Source of the DNA: Eledone cirrhosa
Taxonomy: Eukaryota
Assembly (NCBI GenBank): GCA_964016885.1
Contig: OZ024740.1
Span: forward strand, 4,774,001-4,838,000
Length of the DNA: 64,000 nt
Direction of reading: 5' to 3'
The notes under the pieces are model-generated. The model was not told the DNA's origin. It saw only the letters and a list, made by a program, of their open reading frames with translations, and did no database searches. Numbering within the stretch: the stretch's first letter is position 1; each line of letters opens with the position of its first letter. This document shows, in pieces, positions 1 to 15,254 of the stretch. The position numbers and the translations under genes were made by a program.

Positions 1-3000
1 ACACAACTAACACATCCAACACACCTAACACATCTAACACATCTAACACATCTAACACATCTAACACACCTAACCCATCTAATACACCTAACACACCTAA
101 CACATCTAACACATCTAACGCATCTAACACACCTAACACACCTAACACACCTCCACATCTAACACATCTAACACACGTAACACATTAAACACACCTAACA
201 CACCTAACACTTCTAACACATCTAACACATCTAACACATCTAACACATCTAACATTTCTAACACATCTAACACATCTAACACACCTAACACACCTAACAC
301 ATCTAACACACCTAACACATCTAACACATCTAACACATCTAACACATCTAACACATCTAACACATCTTACACATCTAACACATCTAACACACCTAATACA
401 TCTAACACACCTAATACATCTAACACATCTAACACATCTAACACATCTAACACATCTAACACACCTAATACATCTAACACATCTAACACACCTAACACAT
501 CTAACACATCTAACACACCTAACACATCTAACACATCTAACACATCTAACACACCTAACAGATCTAACACATCTAACACATCTAACACGCCTAACACATC
601 TAACACATCTAACATACCTAACACATCTAACACATCTAACACATCTAACACACCTAACAGATCTAACACATCTAACACATCTAACACACCTAACATATCT
701 AACACATCTAACACACCTAATACATCTAACACATCTAACACATCTAACACACCTAACAGATCTAACACATCTAACATATCTAACACATCTAACACATCTA
801 ACACATCTAACACACCTAACAGATCTAACACATCTAACAGATCTAATACATCTAACAAATCTAACAGACCTAATACATCTAACACATCTAACACACCTAA
901 TAAATCTAACACATCTAACACATCTAACACATATAACACATCTAACACACCTAACACATCTAACACATCTAACACACCTAACACATCTAACACATCTTAC
1001 ACATCTAACACATCTAACACACCTAATACATCTAACACACCTAATACATCTAACACATCTAACACATCTAACACATCTAACACACCTAATACATCTAACA
1101 CATCTAACACATCTAACACACCTAATACATCTAACACATCTAACACACCTAACACATCTAACACATCTAACACACCTAACACATCTAACACATCTAACAC
1201 ATCCAACACACCTAACAGATCTAACACATCTAACACATCTAACACACCTAACACATCTAACACATCTAACACACATAATACATCTAACACATCTAACACA
1301 TCTAACACACCTAACAGATCTTAAACATCTAACACATCTAACGCATCTAATACATCTAACACATCTACCACATCTAACACATCTAACACATCTAACACAC
1401 CTAACACATCTAACACATCTAACACACCTAACACATCTAACACACCTAACACATCTAACACACCTAACACATCTAACACATCTAACACATCTAACACATC
1501 TAACACATCTAACACATCTAACACACCTGACACATCTAACACACCTAATACATCTAACACATCTAACACATCTAACACACCTAACAGATCTAATACATCT
1601 AACACATCTAACAGACCTAATACATCTAACACATCTAACACACCTAATACATCTCACACATCTAACACATCTAACACATCTAACACACCTAACACATCTA
1701 ACACATCTAACACACCTAACACATCTCACACACCTAACACATCTAACAGACCTAATACATCTAACACGTGTAACACATCTAACACACGTAACACAACTAA
1801 CACATCCAACACACCTAACACATCTAACACATCTAACACATCTAACACATCTAACACACCTAACCCATCTAATACACCTAACACACCTAACACATCTAAC
1901 ACATCTAACGCATCTAACACACCTAACACACCTAACACACCTCCACATCTAACACATCTAACACACGTAACACATTAAACACACCTAACACACCTAACAC
2001 TTCTAACACATCTAACACATCTAACACACCTAACACATCTAACATTTCTAACACATCTAACACATCTAAGACACCTAACACACCTAACACATCTAACACA
2101 TCTAACACATCTAACACATCTAACACATCTAACACATCTAACACATCTTACACATCTAACACATCTAACACACCTAATACATCTAACACATCTAACACAC
2201 CTAACACATCTAACACATCTAACACACCTAACACATCTAACACATCTAACACATCTAACACACCTAACAGATCTAACACATCTAACACATCTAACACACC
2301 TAACACATCTAACACATCTAACATACCTAACACATCTAACACATCTAACACATCTAACACGCCTAACAGATCTAACACATCTAACACATCTAACACACCT
2401 AACATATCTAACACATCTAACACACCTAATACATCTAACACATCTAACACATCTAACACACCTAACAGATCTAACACATCTAACATATCTAACACATCTA
2501 ACACATCTAACACATCTAACACACCTAACAGATATAACACATCTAACAGATCTAATACATCTAACAAATCTAACAGACCTAATACATCTAACACATCTAA
2601 CACACCTAATAAATCTAACACATCTAACACATCTAACACATATAACACATCTAACACACCTAACACATCTAACACATCTAACACACCTAACACATCTAAC
2701 ACATCTTACACATCTAACACATCTAACACACCTAACACATCTAACACACCTAACACATCTAACACATCTAACACATCTAACACATCTAACACATCTAACA
2801 CATCTAACACACCTGACACATCTAACACACCTAATACATCTAACACATCTAACACATCTAACACACCTAAAAGATCTAATACATCTAACACATCTAACAG
2901 ACCTAATACATCTAACACATCTAACACACCTAATACATCTAACACATCTAACACACCTAACACATCTCACACACCTAACACATCTAACAGACCTAATACA

Positions 3001-6000
3001 TCTAACACGTGTAACACATCTAACACACGTAACACAACTAACACATCCAACACACCTAACACATCTAACACATCTAACACATCTAACACATCTAACACAC
3101 CTAACCCATCTAATACACATAACACACCTAACACATCTAACACATCTAACGCATCTAACACACCTAACACACCTAACACACCTCCACATCTAACACATCT
3201 AACACACGTAACACATTAAACACACCTAACACACCTAACACTTCTAACACATCTAACACATCTAACACATCTAACACATCTAACATTTCTAACACATCTA
3301 ACACATCTAACACACCTAACACACCTAACACATCTAACACACCTAACACATCTAACACATCTAACACATCTAACACATCTAACACATCTAACACATCTTA
3401 CACATCTAACACATCTAACACACCTAATACATCTAACACACCTAATACATCTAACACATCTAACACATCTAACACATCTAACACATCTAACACACCTAAT
3501 ACATCTAACACATCTAACACACCTAACACATCTAACACATCTAACACACCTAACACATCTAACACATCTAACACATCTAACACACCTAACAGATCTGACA
3601 CATCTAACACATCTAACACGCCTAACACATCTAACACATCTAACATACCTAACACATCTAACACATCTAACACATCTAACACACCTAACAGATCTAACAC
3701 ATCTAACACATCTAACACACCTAACATATCTAACACATCTAACACACCTAATACATCTAACACATCTAACACATCTAACACACCTAACAGATCTAACACA
3801 TCTAACATATCTAACACATCTAACACATCTAACACATCTAACACACCTAACAGATCTAACACATCTAACAGATCTAATACATCTAACAAATCTAACAGAC
3901 CTAATACATCTAACACATCTAACACACCTAATAAATCTAACACATCTAACACATCTAACACATATAACACATCTAACACACCTAACACATCTAACACATC
4001 TAACACACCTAACACATCTAACACATCTTACACATCTAACACATCTAACACACCTAATACATCTAACACACCTAATACATCTAACACATCTAACACATCT
4101 AACACATCTAACACACCTAATACATCTAACACATCTAACACATCTAACACACCTAATACATCTAACACATCTAACACACCTAACACATCTAACACATCTA
4201 ACACACCTAACACATCTAACACATCTAACACATCCAACACACCTAACAGATCTAACACATCTAACACATCTAACACACCTAACACATCTAACACATCTAA
4301 CACACATAATACATCTAACACATCTAACACATCTAACACACCTAACAGATCTTAAACATCTAACACATCTAACGCATCTAATACATCTAACACATCTACC
4401 ACATCTAACACATCTAACACATCTAACACACCTAACACATCTAACACATCTAACACACCTAACACATCTAACACACCTAACACATCTAACACACCTAACA
4501 CATCTAACACATCTAACACATCTAACACATCTAACACATCTAACACATCTAACACACCTGACACATCTAACACACCTAATACATCTAACACATCTAACAC
4601 ATCTAACACACCTAACAGATCTAATACATCTAACACATCTAACAGACCTAATACATCTAACACATCTAACACACCTAATACATCTCACACATCTAACACA
4701 TCTAACACATCTAACACACCTAACACATCTAACACATCTAACACACCTAACACATCTCACACACCTAACACATCTAACAGACCTAATACATCTAACACGT
4801 GTAACACATCTAACACACGTAACACAACTAACACATCCAACACACCTAACACATCTAACACATCTAACACATCTAACACATCTAACACACCTAACCCATC
4901 TAATACACCTAACACACCTAACACATCTAACACATCTAACGCATCTAACACACCTAACACACCTAACACACCTCCACATCTAACACATCTAACACACGTA
5001 ACACATTAAACACACCTAACACACCTAACACTTCTAACACATCTAACACATCTAACACACCTAACACATCTAACATTTCTAACACATCTAACACATCTAA
5101 CACACCTAACACACCTAACACATCTAACACATCTAACACATCTAACACATCTAACACATCTAACACATCTAACACATCTTACACATCTAACACATCTAAC
5201 ACACCTAATACATCTAACACACCTAATACATCTAACACATCTAACACATCTAACACATCTAACACATCTAACACACCTAATACATCTAACACATCTAACA
5301 CACCTAACACATCTAACACATCTAAGACACCTAACACATCTAACACATCTAACACATCTAACACACCTAACAGATCTAACACATCTAACACATCTAACAC
5401 ACCTAACACATCTAACACATCTAACATACCTAACACATCTAACACATCTAACACATCTAACACGCCTAACAGATCTAACACATCTAACACATCTAACACA
5501 CCTAACATATCTAACACATCTAACACACCTAATACATCTAACACATCTAACACATCTAACACACCTAACAGATCTAACACATCTAACATATCTAACACAT
5601 CTAACACATCTAACACATCTAACACACCTAACAGATCTAACACATCTAACAGATCTAATACATCTAACAAATCTAACAGACCTAATACATCTAACACATC
5701 TAACACACCTAATAAATCTAAGACATCTAACACATCTAACACATATAACACATCTAACACACCTAACACATCTAACACATCTAACACACCTAACACATCT
5801 AACACATCTTACACATCTAACACATCTAACACACCTAATACATCTAACACACCTAATACATCTAACACATCTAACACATCTAACACATCTAACACACCTA
5901 ATACATCTAACACATCTAACACATCTAACACACCTAATACATCTAACACATCTAACACACCTAACACATCTAACACATCTAACACACCTAACACATCTAA

Positions 6001-9000
6001 CACATCTAACACATCCAACACACCTAACAGATCTAACACATCTAACACATCTAACACACCTAACACATCTAACACATCTAACACACCTAATACATCTAAC
6101 ACATCTAACACATCTAACACACCTAACAGATCTTAAACATCTAACACATCTAACGCATCTAACACATCTAACACACCTAACAGATCTAATACATCTAACA
6201 CATCTAACACATCTAACACATCTAACACATCTAACACATCTAACACACCTAATACATCTAACACATCTAACACACCTAACACATGTAACACATCTAACAC
6301 ACCTAACACATCTAACACATCTAACACATCCAACACACCTAACAGATCTAACACATCTAACACATCTAACACACCTAACACATCTAACACATCTAACAAA
6401 CCTAATACATCTAACACATCTAACACATCTAACACACCTAACACACCTAACACATCTAACACATCTAACACATCTAACGCATCTAACACATCTAACACAC
6501 CTAACAGATCTAATACATCTAACACATCTAACACATCTAACACATCTAACAAACCTAATACATCTAACACATCTAACACATCTAACACATCTAACACATC
6601 TAACACACCTAACACATCTAACACATCTAACACACCTAACACATCTAACACACCTAACACATCTAACACACCTAACACATCTAACACATCTAACACATCT
6701 AACACATCTAACACATCTAACACATCTAACACACCTGACACATCTAACACACCTAACACATCTAACACATCTAACACACCTAACACATCTAACACATCTA
6801 ACACATCTAACACACCTAACAGATCTAACACATCTAACACATCTAACACACCTAACAGATCTAACACATCTAACACATCTAACACACCTAACATATCTAA
6901 CACATCTAACACACCTAATACATCTAACACATCTAACACATCTAACACACCTAACAGATCTAACACATCTAACATATCTAACACATCTAACACATCTAAC
7001 ACACCTATCAGATCTAATACATCTAACACATCTAACACATCTAACACATCTAACACATCTAACACACCTAACACATCTAACACATCTTACACATCTAACA
7101 CATCTAACACACCTAATACATCTAACACACCTAATACATCTAACCCATCTAATACATCTAACACATCTAACACACCTAATACATCTAACACATCTAACAC
7201 ATCTAACACATATAACACATCTAACACACCTAACACATCTAACACATCTAACACACCTAACACATCTAACACATCTTACACATCTAACACATCTAACACA
7301 CCTAATACATCTAACACACCTAATACATCTAACCCATCTAACACATCTAACACATCTAACACACCTAATACATCTAACACATCTAACACAGCTAACACAC
7401 CTAATACATCTAACACATCTAACACACCTAACACATCTAACACATCTAACACACCTAACACATCTAACACATCTAACACATCCAACACACCTAACAGATC
7501 TAACATATCTAACACATCTAACACACCTAACACATCTAACACATCTAACACACCTAATACATCTAACACATCTAACACATCTAACACACCTAACAGATCT
7601 AACACATCTAACACATCTAACGCATCTAACACATCTAACACACCTAACAGATCTAATACATCTAACACATCTAACACATCTAACACATCTAACACACCTA
7701 ACAGATCTAACACATCTAACACATCTAACACACCAAATACATCTAACACATCTAACACACCTAACACATCTAACACATCTAACACATCTAACACACCTAA
7801 TACATCTAACACATCTAACACATCTAACACACCTAATACATCTAACACATCTAACACACCTAACACATCTAACACATCTAACACACCTAACACATCTAAC
7901 ACATCTAACACATCCAACACACCTAAAAGATCTAACACATCTAACACATCTAACACACCTAACACATCTAACACATCTAACACACCTAATACATCTAACA
8001 CATCTAACACATCTAACGCATCTAACACATCTAACACACCTAACAGATCTAATACATCTAACACATCTAACACATCTAACACATCTAACACACCTAACAG
8101 ATCTAACACATCTAACACATCTAACACATCTAACACATCTAACACACCTAACAGATCTAATACATCTAACACATCTAACACATCTAACACATCTAACACA
8201 TCTAACAGATCTAATACATCTAACACATCTAACAGACCTAATACATCTAACACATCTAACACACCTAATACATCTAACACATCTAACACATCTAACACAT
8301 CTAACACACCTAATACATCTAACACATCTAACACATCTAACACATCTAACACATCTAATACACCTAACACATCTAACACATCTAACACACCTAACACATC
8401 TAACACACCTAACACATCTAACACACCTAACACATCTAACACATCTAACACATCTAACACATCTAACACATCTAACACATCTAACACACCTGACACATCT
8501 AACACACCTAACACATCTAACACACCTAACACATCTAACACACCTAACACATCTAACACATCTAACACATCTAACACATCTAACACATCTAACACATCTA
8601 ACACACCTGACACATCTAACAACCTGACACATCTCACACAACTAACACATCTAACACATCTAACACATCTAACACACCTAACACATCTAACACACCTAAC
8701 ACATCTAACACACCTAACACATCTAACACATCTAACACATCTAACACATCTAACACATCTAACACATCTAACACATCTAACACACCTGACACATCTAACA
8801 CATCTAACACACCTAATACATCTAACACATCTAACACATCTAACACACCTAACAGATCTAATACATCTAACACATCTAACAGACCTAATACATCTAACAC
8901 ATCTAACACACCTAATACATCTAACACATCTAACACATCTAACACATCTAACACATCTAACACACCTAACACATCTAACACACCTAACACATCTAGCAGA

Positions 9001-9888
9001 CCTAATACATCTAACACATCTAACACATCTAACACATCTAACACATCTAACACATCTAACTCATCTAACACACCTAACACATCTAACACACCTAACACAT
9101 CTAACACACCTAACACATGTAACACATCTAACACATCTAACACATCTAACACATCTAACACACCTAACACATCTAACAGACCTAATACATCTAACACATC
9201 TAACACATCTAACACATCTAACACATCTAACACATCTAACACACCTTACACATCTAACACACCTAACACATCTAACACATCTAACACATCTAACACATCT
9301 AACACATCTAACACATCTAACACACCTAACACATCTAACACACCTAACACATCTAACACATCTAACACATCTAACACATCTAACACATCTAACACACCTA
9401 ACACATCTAACACATCTAACACATCTAACACATCTAACACATCTAACACATCTAACACATCTAACACACCTAACACATCTAACACATCTAACACACCTAA
9501 CACATCTAACACACCTAACACATCTAACACATCTAACACATCTAACACATCTAACACATCTAACACATCTAACACATCTAACACATCTAACACATCTAAC
9601 ACATCTAACACATCTAACACACCTAACACATCTAACACACCTAACATATCTAACACACCTAACACATCTAACAGACCTAATACATCTAACACATCTAACA
9701 CATCTAACACATCTAACACATCTAACACATCTAACACATCTAACACACCTAACACATCTAACACACCTAACACATCTAACAGACCTAATACATCTAACAC
9801 ATCTAACACATCTAACACACCTAATACATCTAACACATCTAACACATCTAACACATCTAACACAACTAACACATCTAACACACCTAAC
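1..9888. repeat. 9-bp tandem satellite (CTAACACAT)n, main variant CTAACACAC; reverse strand (TTAGATGTG/TTAGGTGTG)n; runs off the window start
   Basis: Continuous 9-bp periodicity read directly. Recurrent variants include CTAATACAT, CTAACAGAT and CTTACACAT. The LDV/VRC ORFs are translations of the repeat. Confidence 0.98.
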
Positions 9889-9904
9889 TACAGGTGTCTT
9901 ACTT

Positions 9905-10016
9905 AACTAACTGCTACAACTACTACAACTACAACTACAATAAGTACAACAACAACAACTACAACAACTACAACAACAACAGCATCAATAACTACAGCTA
10001 CAACAACAGCAACAAC
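9905..10016. repeat. Imperfect (ACA/ACT)n trinucleotide microsatellite
   Basis: actacaactactacaact...acaacaaca run; a shorter similar run lies at about 10287-10335. Confidence 0.9.
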
Positions 10017-10499
10017 TGTGTATTTTATTGATATGGTCATCTTCCTAGTGTTGGCGATTGACACAATAAATGCACTCAGTTCACTCTGTAAAGTTGTTGC
10101 TAATAGGAAGTGCATCCCGCCATAGAAGACATTAGAAAATATGTGAAGGAGATAACCTCCCTAGTGTTGGTGTCATGAAGGTTGATCTCAGCAGCTTTTC
10201 ATCTCAGAACACAGAAATCTGGATGAAATACCTCTGGGGTACAATACTTTCTCCTATACTCTACAGAACAACTCTGTCAATTCATCTACAACAACTACAA
10301 TTACAACAACAATATCTACAACAACAACAACAATATAGCTTCAGCTTCTAAATGTTTGTACGCTCACTTAGATGTAGCAGTAAAATTGTGGTTGAATCAC
10401 ATCATATTGAGATGATGGACCTATAATATAGTCACACTGGATGGTCACAGAATGATTGTGATCAGAGATCCTCTGGATCAGAGTTGACCTAGGGCTAAA

Positions 10500-10677
10500 C
10501 AACATACACATCCACACACATACATATACACATATATATACACATAGATATGCGTACATGCACATCCACACACATACATATACACATGCGCACACTTGCA
10601 TCCACACACATACATATACACGCACACATACACACACATACAGACATATACACGTATACACACACACATATACACAT
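10500..10677. repeat. Compound (CA)/(TA) microsatellite
   Basis: Alternating purine-pyrimidine run. Confidence 0.9.
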
Positions 10678-10803
10678 TTGGACATTAAAGAGAAATTCAT
10701 TTGTCTTAAATGAAATAAATTTTCTCAAGAGAACGAGAATTAATCAAAATAAAACAGTGATAAATATTTATTACATCACATTAAAGACAGAATAGGATGT
10801 TAA

Positions 10804-10814
10804 ATATATACACT

Positions 10815-10862
<48 letters not shown>
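10804..10862. repeat. (AT)n microsatellite
   Basis: Direct reading. Confidence 0.95.
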
Positions 10863-10864
<2 letters not shown>

Positions 10865-11164
10865 CAAGGTTTAGCAAATAATGAAAAAGTTTCAAAATAA
10901 ATTTTAAAAAATTGACTTTACCTACTATAGTTACCTTTACCGAATCGGTTTCGAATCTCAAAAATAAACGGAGACAATACGGCCTTCGTTGCAAAGAAAG
11001 ATTCTCGTCAGAAGGTTCTTTTCATTAGAAGAATATAAAATTCTTGAACTTAAATTACGAACTAGCGCTATCCAAAACTGTTCCCGAGATGAGAGTAAAT
11101 GAAGTGGAATCAATTTTTTCAAGGGCCGAAGTAAAGATAGAGGCAGAGGGAGGTAGGTGAAACG
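10863..11164 (-). mobile_element. Probable Penelope-like 3' end/pseudo-LTR remnant carrying an HHR, truncated by the assembly gap
   Basis: Contains the HHR and its 3' end abuts (AT)n. The upstream frame has REQFWI, weakly reminiscent of a GIY-YIG C-terminal RExxWI motif. Confidence 0.5.
10933..11016 (-). ncRNA. Type I hammerhead ribozyme (canonical core)
   Basis: Minus strand reads ACCUU-CUGACGA-GAAUCU[40 nt]AGAUUC-GAAA-CCG-AUU-CGG-UA-AAGGU. Stem I is 5 bp, stem II is 6 bp, stem III is short, the core is intact and the cleavage triplet is GUA. Confidence 0.85.
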
Positions 11165-11364
11165 NNNNNNNNNNNNNNNNNNNNNNNNNNNNNNNNNNNN
11201 NNNNNNNNNNNNNNNNNNNNNNNNNNNNNNNNNNNNNNNNNNNNNNNNNNNNNNNNNNNNNNNNNNNNNNNNNNNNNNNNNNNNNNNNNNNNNNNNNNNN
11301 NNNNNNNNNNNNNNNNNNNNNNNNNNNNNNNNNNNNNNNNNNNNNNNNNNNNNNNNNNNNNNNN
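11165..11364. other. Assembly gap (200 N)
   Basis: Run of N. Confidence 1.
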
Positions 11365-12119
<755 letters not shown>

Positions 12120-12138
12120 ATATATATATATATATATG

Positions 12139-12305
12139 ATTCAAGAAAGAAGAGTGACATGGTTTGCTATACAATAAGGGATTTATTCACATTGCTGACA
12201 ATTGTTTCTTTGATCTGGTTGGTCTAGAGTTCGCTGCTCGCCTGATTATGCGTCAATCGATCTCCAATACTTTGTTTATAACCAGTCGTTTTCATCAGAG
12301 CACGC
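12139..12305 (-). repeat. Pseudo-LTR, left arm of the inverted repeat
   Basis: Reverse complement of 14154-14320 with about 7-8 mismatches by manual alignment. Confidence 0.95.
12193..12302 (-). ncRNA. HHR-like motif in the pseudo-LTR (non-canonical stem II junction)
   Basis: UGCU-CUGAUGA...GAAA-CAAUUG-UC-AGCA. The base of stem II is unpaired (AAAC opposite AAA). Confidence 0.65.
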
Positions 12306-12331
12306 GAAAGTGAAGAAGATACACAAGGCAT

Positions 12332-12341
12332 GGCTTTTATA
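12332..12341 (-). promoter_or_regulatory. Candidate TATA box (TATAAAAG) of the pseudo-LTR
   Basis: Consensus TATA about 39 nt upstream of HHR stem I on the element strand. The region is AT-rich, so a chance match is possible. Confidence 0.35.
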
Positions 12342-13120
12342 GAGGAGTGGTATTAAACCAGAACAATAATATCAATAATAAAATAACTAGATACTGAATA
12401 GTTAAAATAATAACATCAATATAAGTAAGAAATAGAGTATAATGATGAATCTAGCATATTAAACGAACTGGTATGATACAGATGTATGAAATTGACATGT
12501 GAAAACTGCTATAGGGTACATTAGATGTTGTGTTAAGGTGGTGAAGAGATAACAGATAAAATGTACTTGGAGTCAGGATTTATGAGGTATATGTGTTTGT
12601 TGTAGGTTTGTAGTCACGCTGGCAATAAACCGGAGATTTTCACAACATCAATAACAAATAGTGTATACATAAGACAATAATAACAACAATAATAGAGACA
12701 ATAAAAGTAATAAAATAGTAAAATATGCATGGTAGATAGAGAGAACATGATGAATAATATTAGGGATATATTGAGATGATCATAATAATAATAAGAGTAA
12801 AATAAGATTTCAAGGAGTGTAGGAGTAATAAGATAATGTACTTAGAATTAAGTTCATCTGTTAGAGATCATGAGTGCTAATGTGAGATATGTAGATATAA
12901 TTGTTTGGTCTGAAGGGGTAAACAACAGCAAAGATGGGATTGATTTATGGGCTGATAAAATAGTTGTAGACATTACTGCCCCATTCTAGTGGTATAGATG
13001 TAGGGAGGCTAGAAGGTGTTTATAGAAGATTATGGTTCTGTAGTGGGCTGTGTGAGAATGTGGATTTCATATGTTAAATGCTAAGTGATTTTACCTTAAT
13101 ATAGGGGATGCTGGTTCGAA

Positions 13121-14158
13121 TCACAGTGGTTTAAATCTCACGAATTTTGTAGCAATCCTATGTCTGCAGAAAACTGACCTTTCTATTTTGCTGTTGAGTA
13201 GCATTTTATCGTTCCTTAAGATATGTAGCAATTCAAGGTTGCAGAGCCCGCAATGGGACATACCGCTGCTATAGGCCTTTACGGTCGCTAATTTTGACCA
13301 GCTAATATTGTAATCAAGGTTTTTGTCCTTAAGTTACCAGATTTTATTGGCGAGGGTTGTAGAATTTACCAGTGCATGGTTCTTCATTGAATGTCTGTGC
13401 ACATACCATCTTTTTTTAAAAACACCCGCGGTGGAACCAATGTAGTGCCAAGTGGAGTTGCCCGAGTTTACAGTACACATGTACACTAGGCTCGAATCAA
13501 GGCTCCTATTCGCTATTGGGCACTTATCTGGTAGGTGACAATTGCAGTTTGAAGTATTATTCCGTGCAGCTTTTACATTGCGGTTTTGCAAACTGTTATA
13601 TGTGGGTTGTGATTCATGCCTATTGAAGTTTTGCTGTGGTGTATTCATGTGCGTTTGTGGTTGTGATACGGTAATGTGTTTGTGTTTAGTGTTTGGTGCT
13701 ATGTTGCGTATAGGTGGGATAGCTTTCCTAGAGGTATTCTTGTGGTTGAACTTGCGTATGTGCGATTCTATGTTGGCAGCAGTAGAGTATGAAAGTTTTA
13801 TAGTATTTCTATTGAAGATTTTATGATATCTATGTGATGTAGGGAAGTGCTTATTTATTAGTTTAAAAAACGTAGAAGGCAGTTTAGTTCTTATAGAGGA
13901 GATGAAGATTGGATTAAACCATAGGTATTTTCTTTCTCTAGTTCTTCTATAGTTTCTAGGGTTTCCATTATTCGTGTTCAGTCCTCCTACTCTAGGTGCT
14001 ACTTGCCTAGTTCTATGTCTAGTCCAGTGACCTTTATTTTTGTATGAGCGTTTGGTGTTGGCGTTCATGGGTTTGTTTGTGTTGTCCTTATCCGTTATAA
14101 ACTGCAGCTTTTCTTTGTGTCCAGCCCTATGTAATGCTGCGTTATAATAATTAGCATG
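13121..14158 (-). pseudogene. PLE polyprotein C-terminus: RT thumb end, linker, Cys motif, GIY-YIG endonuclease; one in-frame TAA at 13334-13336
   Basis: YYNAALHRAGH...WFNP...LINKHFP...KIFNRNTIKLSYS...CNC..DKCP...LVY...HYIGST...FKKRWYVH...IW*LKDK...W...HCGLCNLE...LLNSK.E...CRH, ending at TGA 13123-13121. Confidence 0.88.
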
Positions 14159-14320
14159 CTCTGATGAAAACGACTGGTTATAAACAAAGTATTGGAGTTC
14201 GATTGACGCAAAATCAGGCGAGCAGCGAACTCTAGACCTACCAGATCAAAGAAACAATTGTCAGCACTTTAAATAAAGCCCTTATTGTATAGCAAACCAT
14301 GTCACTCTTCTTTCTTGAAT
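14154..14320 (+). repeat. Inverted pseudo-LTR copy at the 5' truncation point
   Basis: Reverse complement of 12139-12305; the junction lies in the palindrome AGCATGCT. Confidence 0.95.
14157..14266 (+). ncRNA. HHR-like motif in the inverted pseudo-LTR copy
   Basis: Same motif as 12193-12302, followed by AATAAA at 14272-14277. Confidence 0.65.
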
Positions 14321-14476
14321 TATTATTACTCCAAGTATAACCTACATAGAAATCACTGCAAACTCGCAGCATCACTATGGAAAGGTCTTGTTGAGTCAAA
14401 CCAAGCCACGCGTTAATACCATCCACTACACAGAGTACTCTAACTGGACTACCTATAACGATAACCTGTTATCCCG

Positions 14477-14967
<491 letters not shown>

Positions 14968-14968
<1 letters not shown>

Positions 14969-15218
14969 CAGTAGACACTGTAAAGTGGTTGGTGGTAGGA
15001 AAAGTAGCTAACCGTAAAAAGCTGACCAAACAAAGAGTTTGAGGACCAACAGTTATGTCAAAGACATGACAACCTCACCTGTGCATTTGGTGGAACGTGA
15101 GACCATACATCAGTCCCTCGCTTGTCTGGGAGATCACTGGCTACACTTCAGTACTGACTTGATCTATGTAGACCCATCCAACCCTTGCAGGGAGAGTGGA
15201 TGTTAGAATGACCATGAT
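14968..15218 (+). mobile_element. Degenerate SINE or RTE 3'-tail-type retroposon
   Basis: cactgtaaagtggttggtggtaggaa...gacccatccaacccttgca...ggatgttagaatga resembles the 3' modules at 61700-61869 and 62909-63088. Confidence 0.5.
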
Positions 15219-15254
15219 ATACATACATATCCACATCCACACACATACACTTAC

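Larger units (their letters stand above)
12139..14320 (-). mobile_element. 5'-truncated Penelope-like retroelement (C-terminal GIY-YIG) with an inverted pseudo-LTR
   Basis: GIY-YIG ORF remnant, ~167-bp terminal inverted repeats containing HHR-like cores, and a 3' end abutting (TA)n. Confidence 0.88.

Noticed and set aside
142-9881. Long (VRC)n and (LDV)n ORFs up to 1211 aa
   Set aside because: They are a consequence of a stop-free 9-bp repeat, are broken by 8-bp monomers, and have no unique coding sequence.
9880-9897. Short fold-back ACACCT...AGGTGT at the end of the 9-mer array
   Set aside because: The arms are only 6 bp, which is compatible with chance.
13121-14158. Selenocysteine read-through as in Naiad PLEs
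   Set aside because: The internal stop is TAA rather than TGA, and the endonuclease is C-terminal whereas Naiads have it N-terminal.
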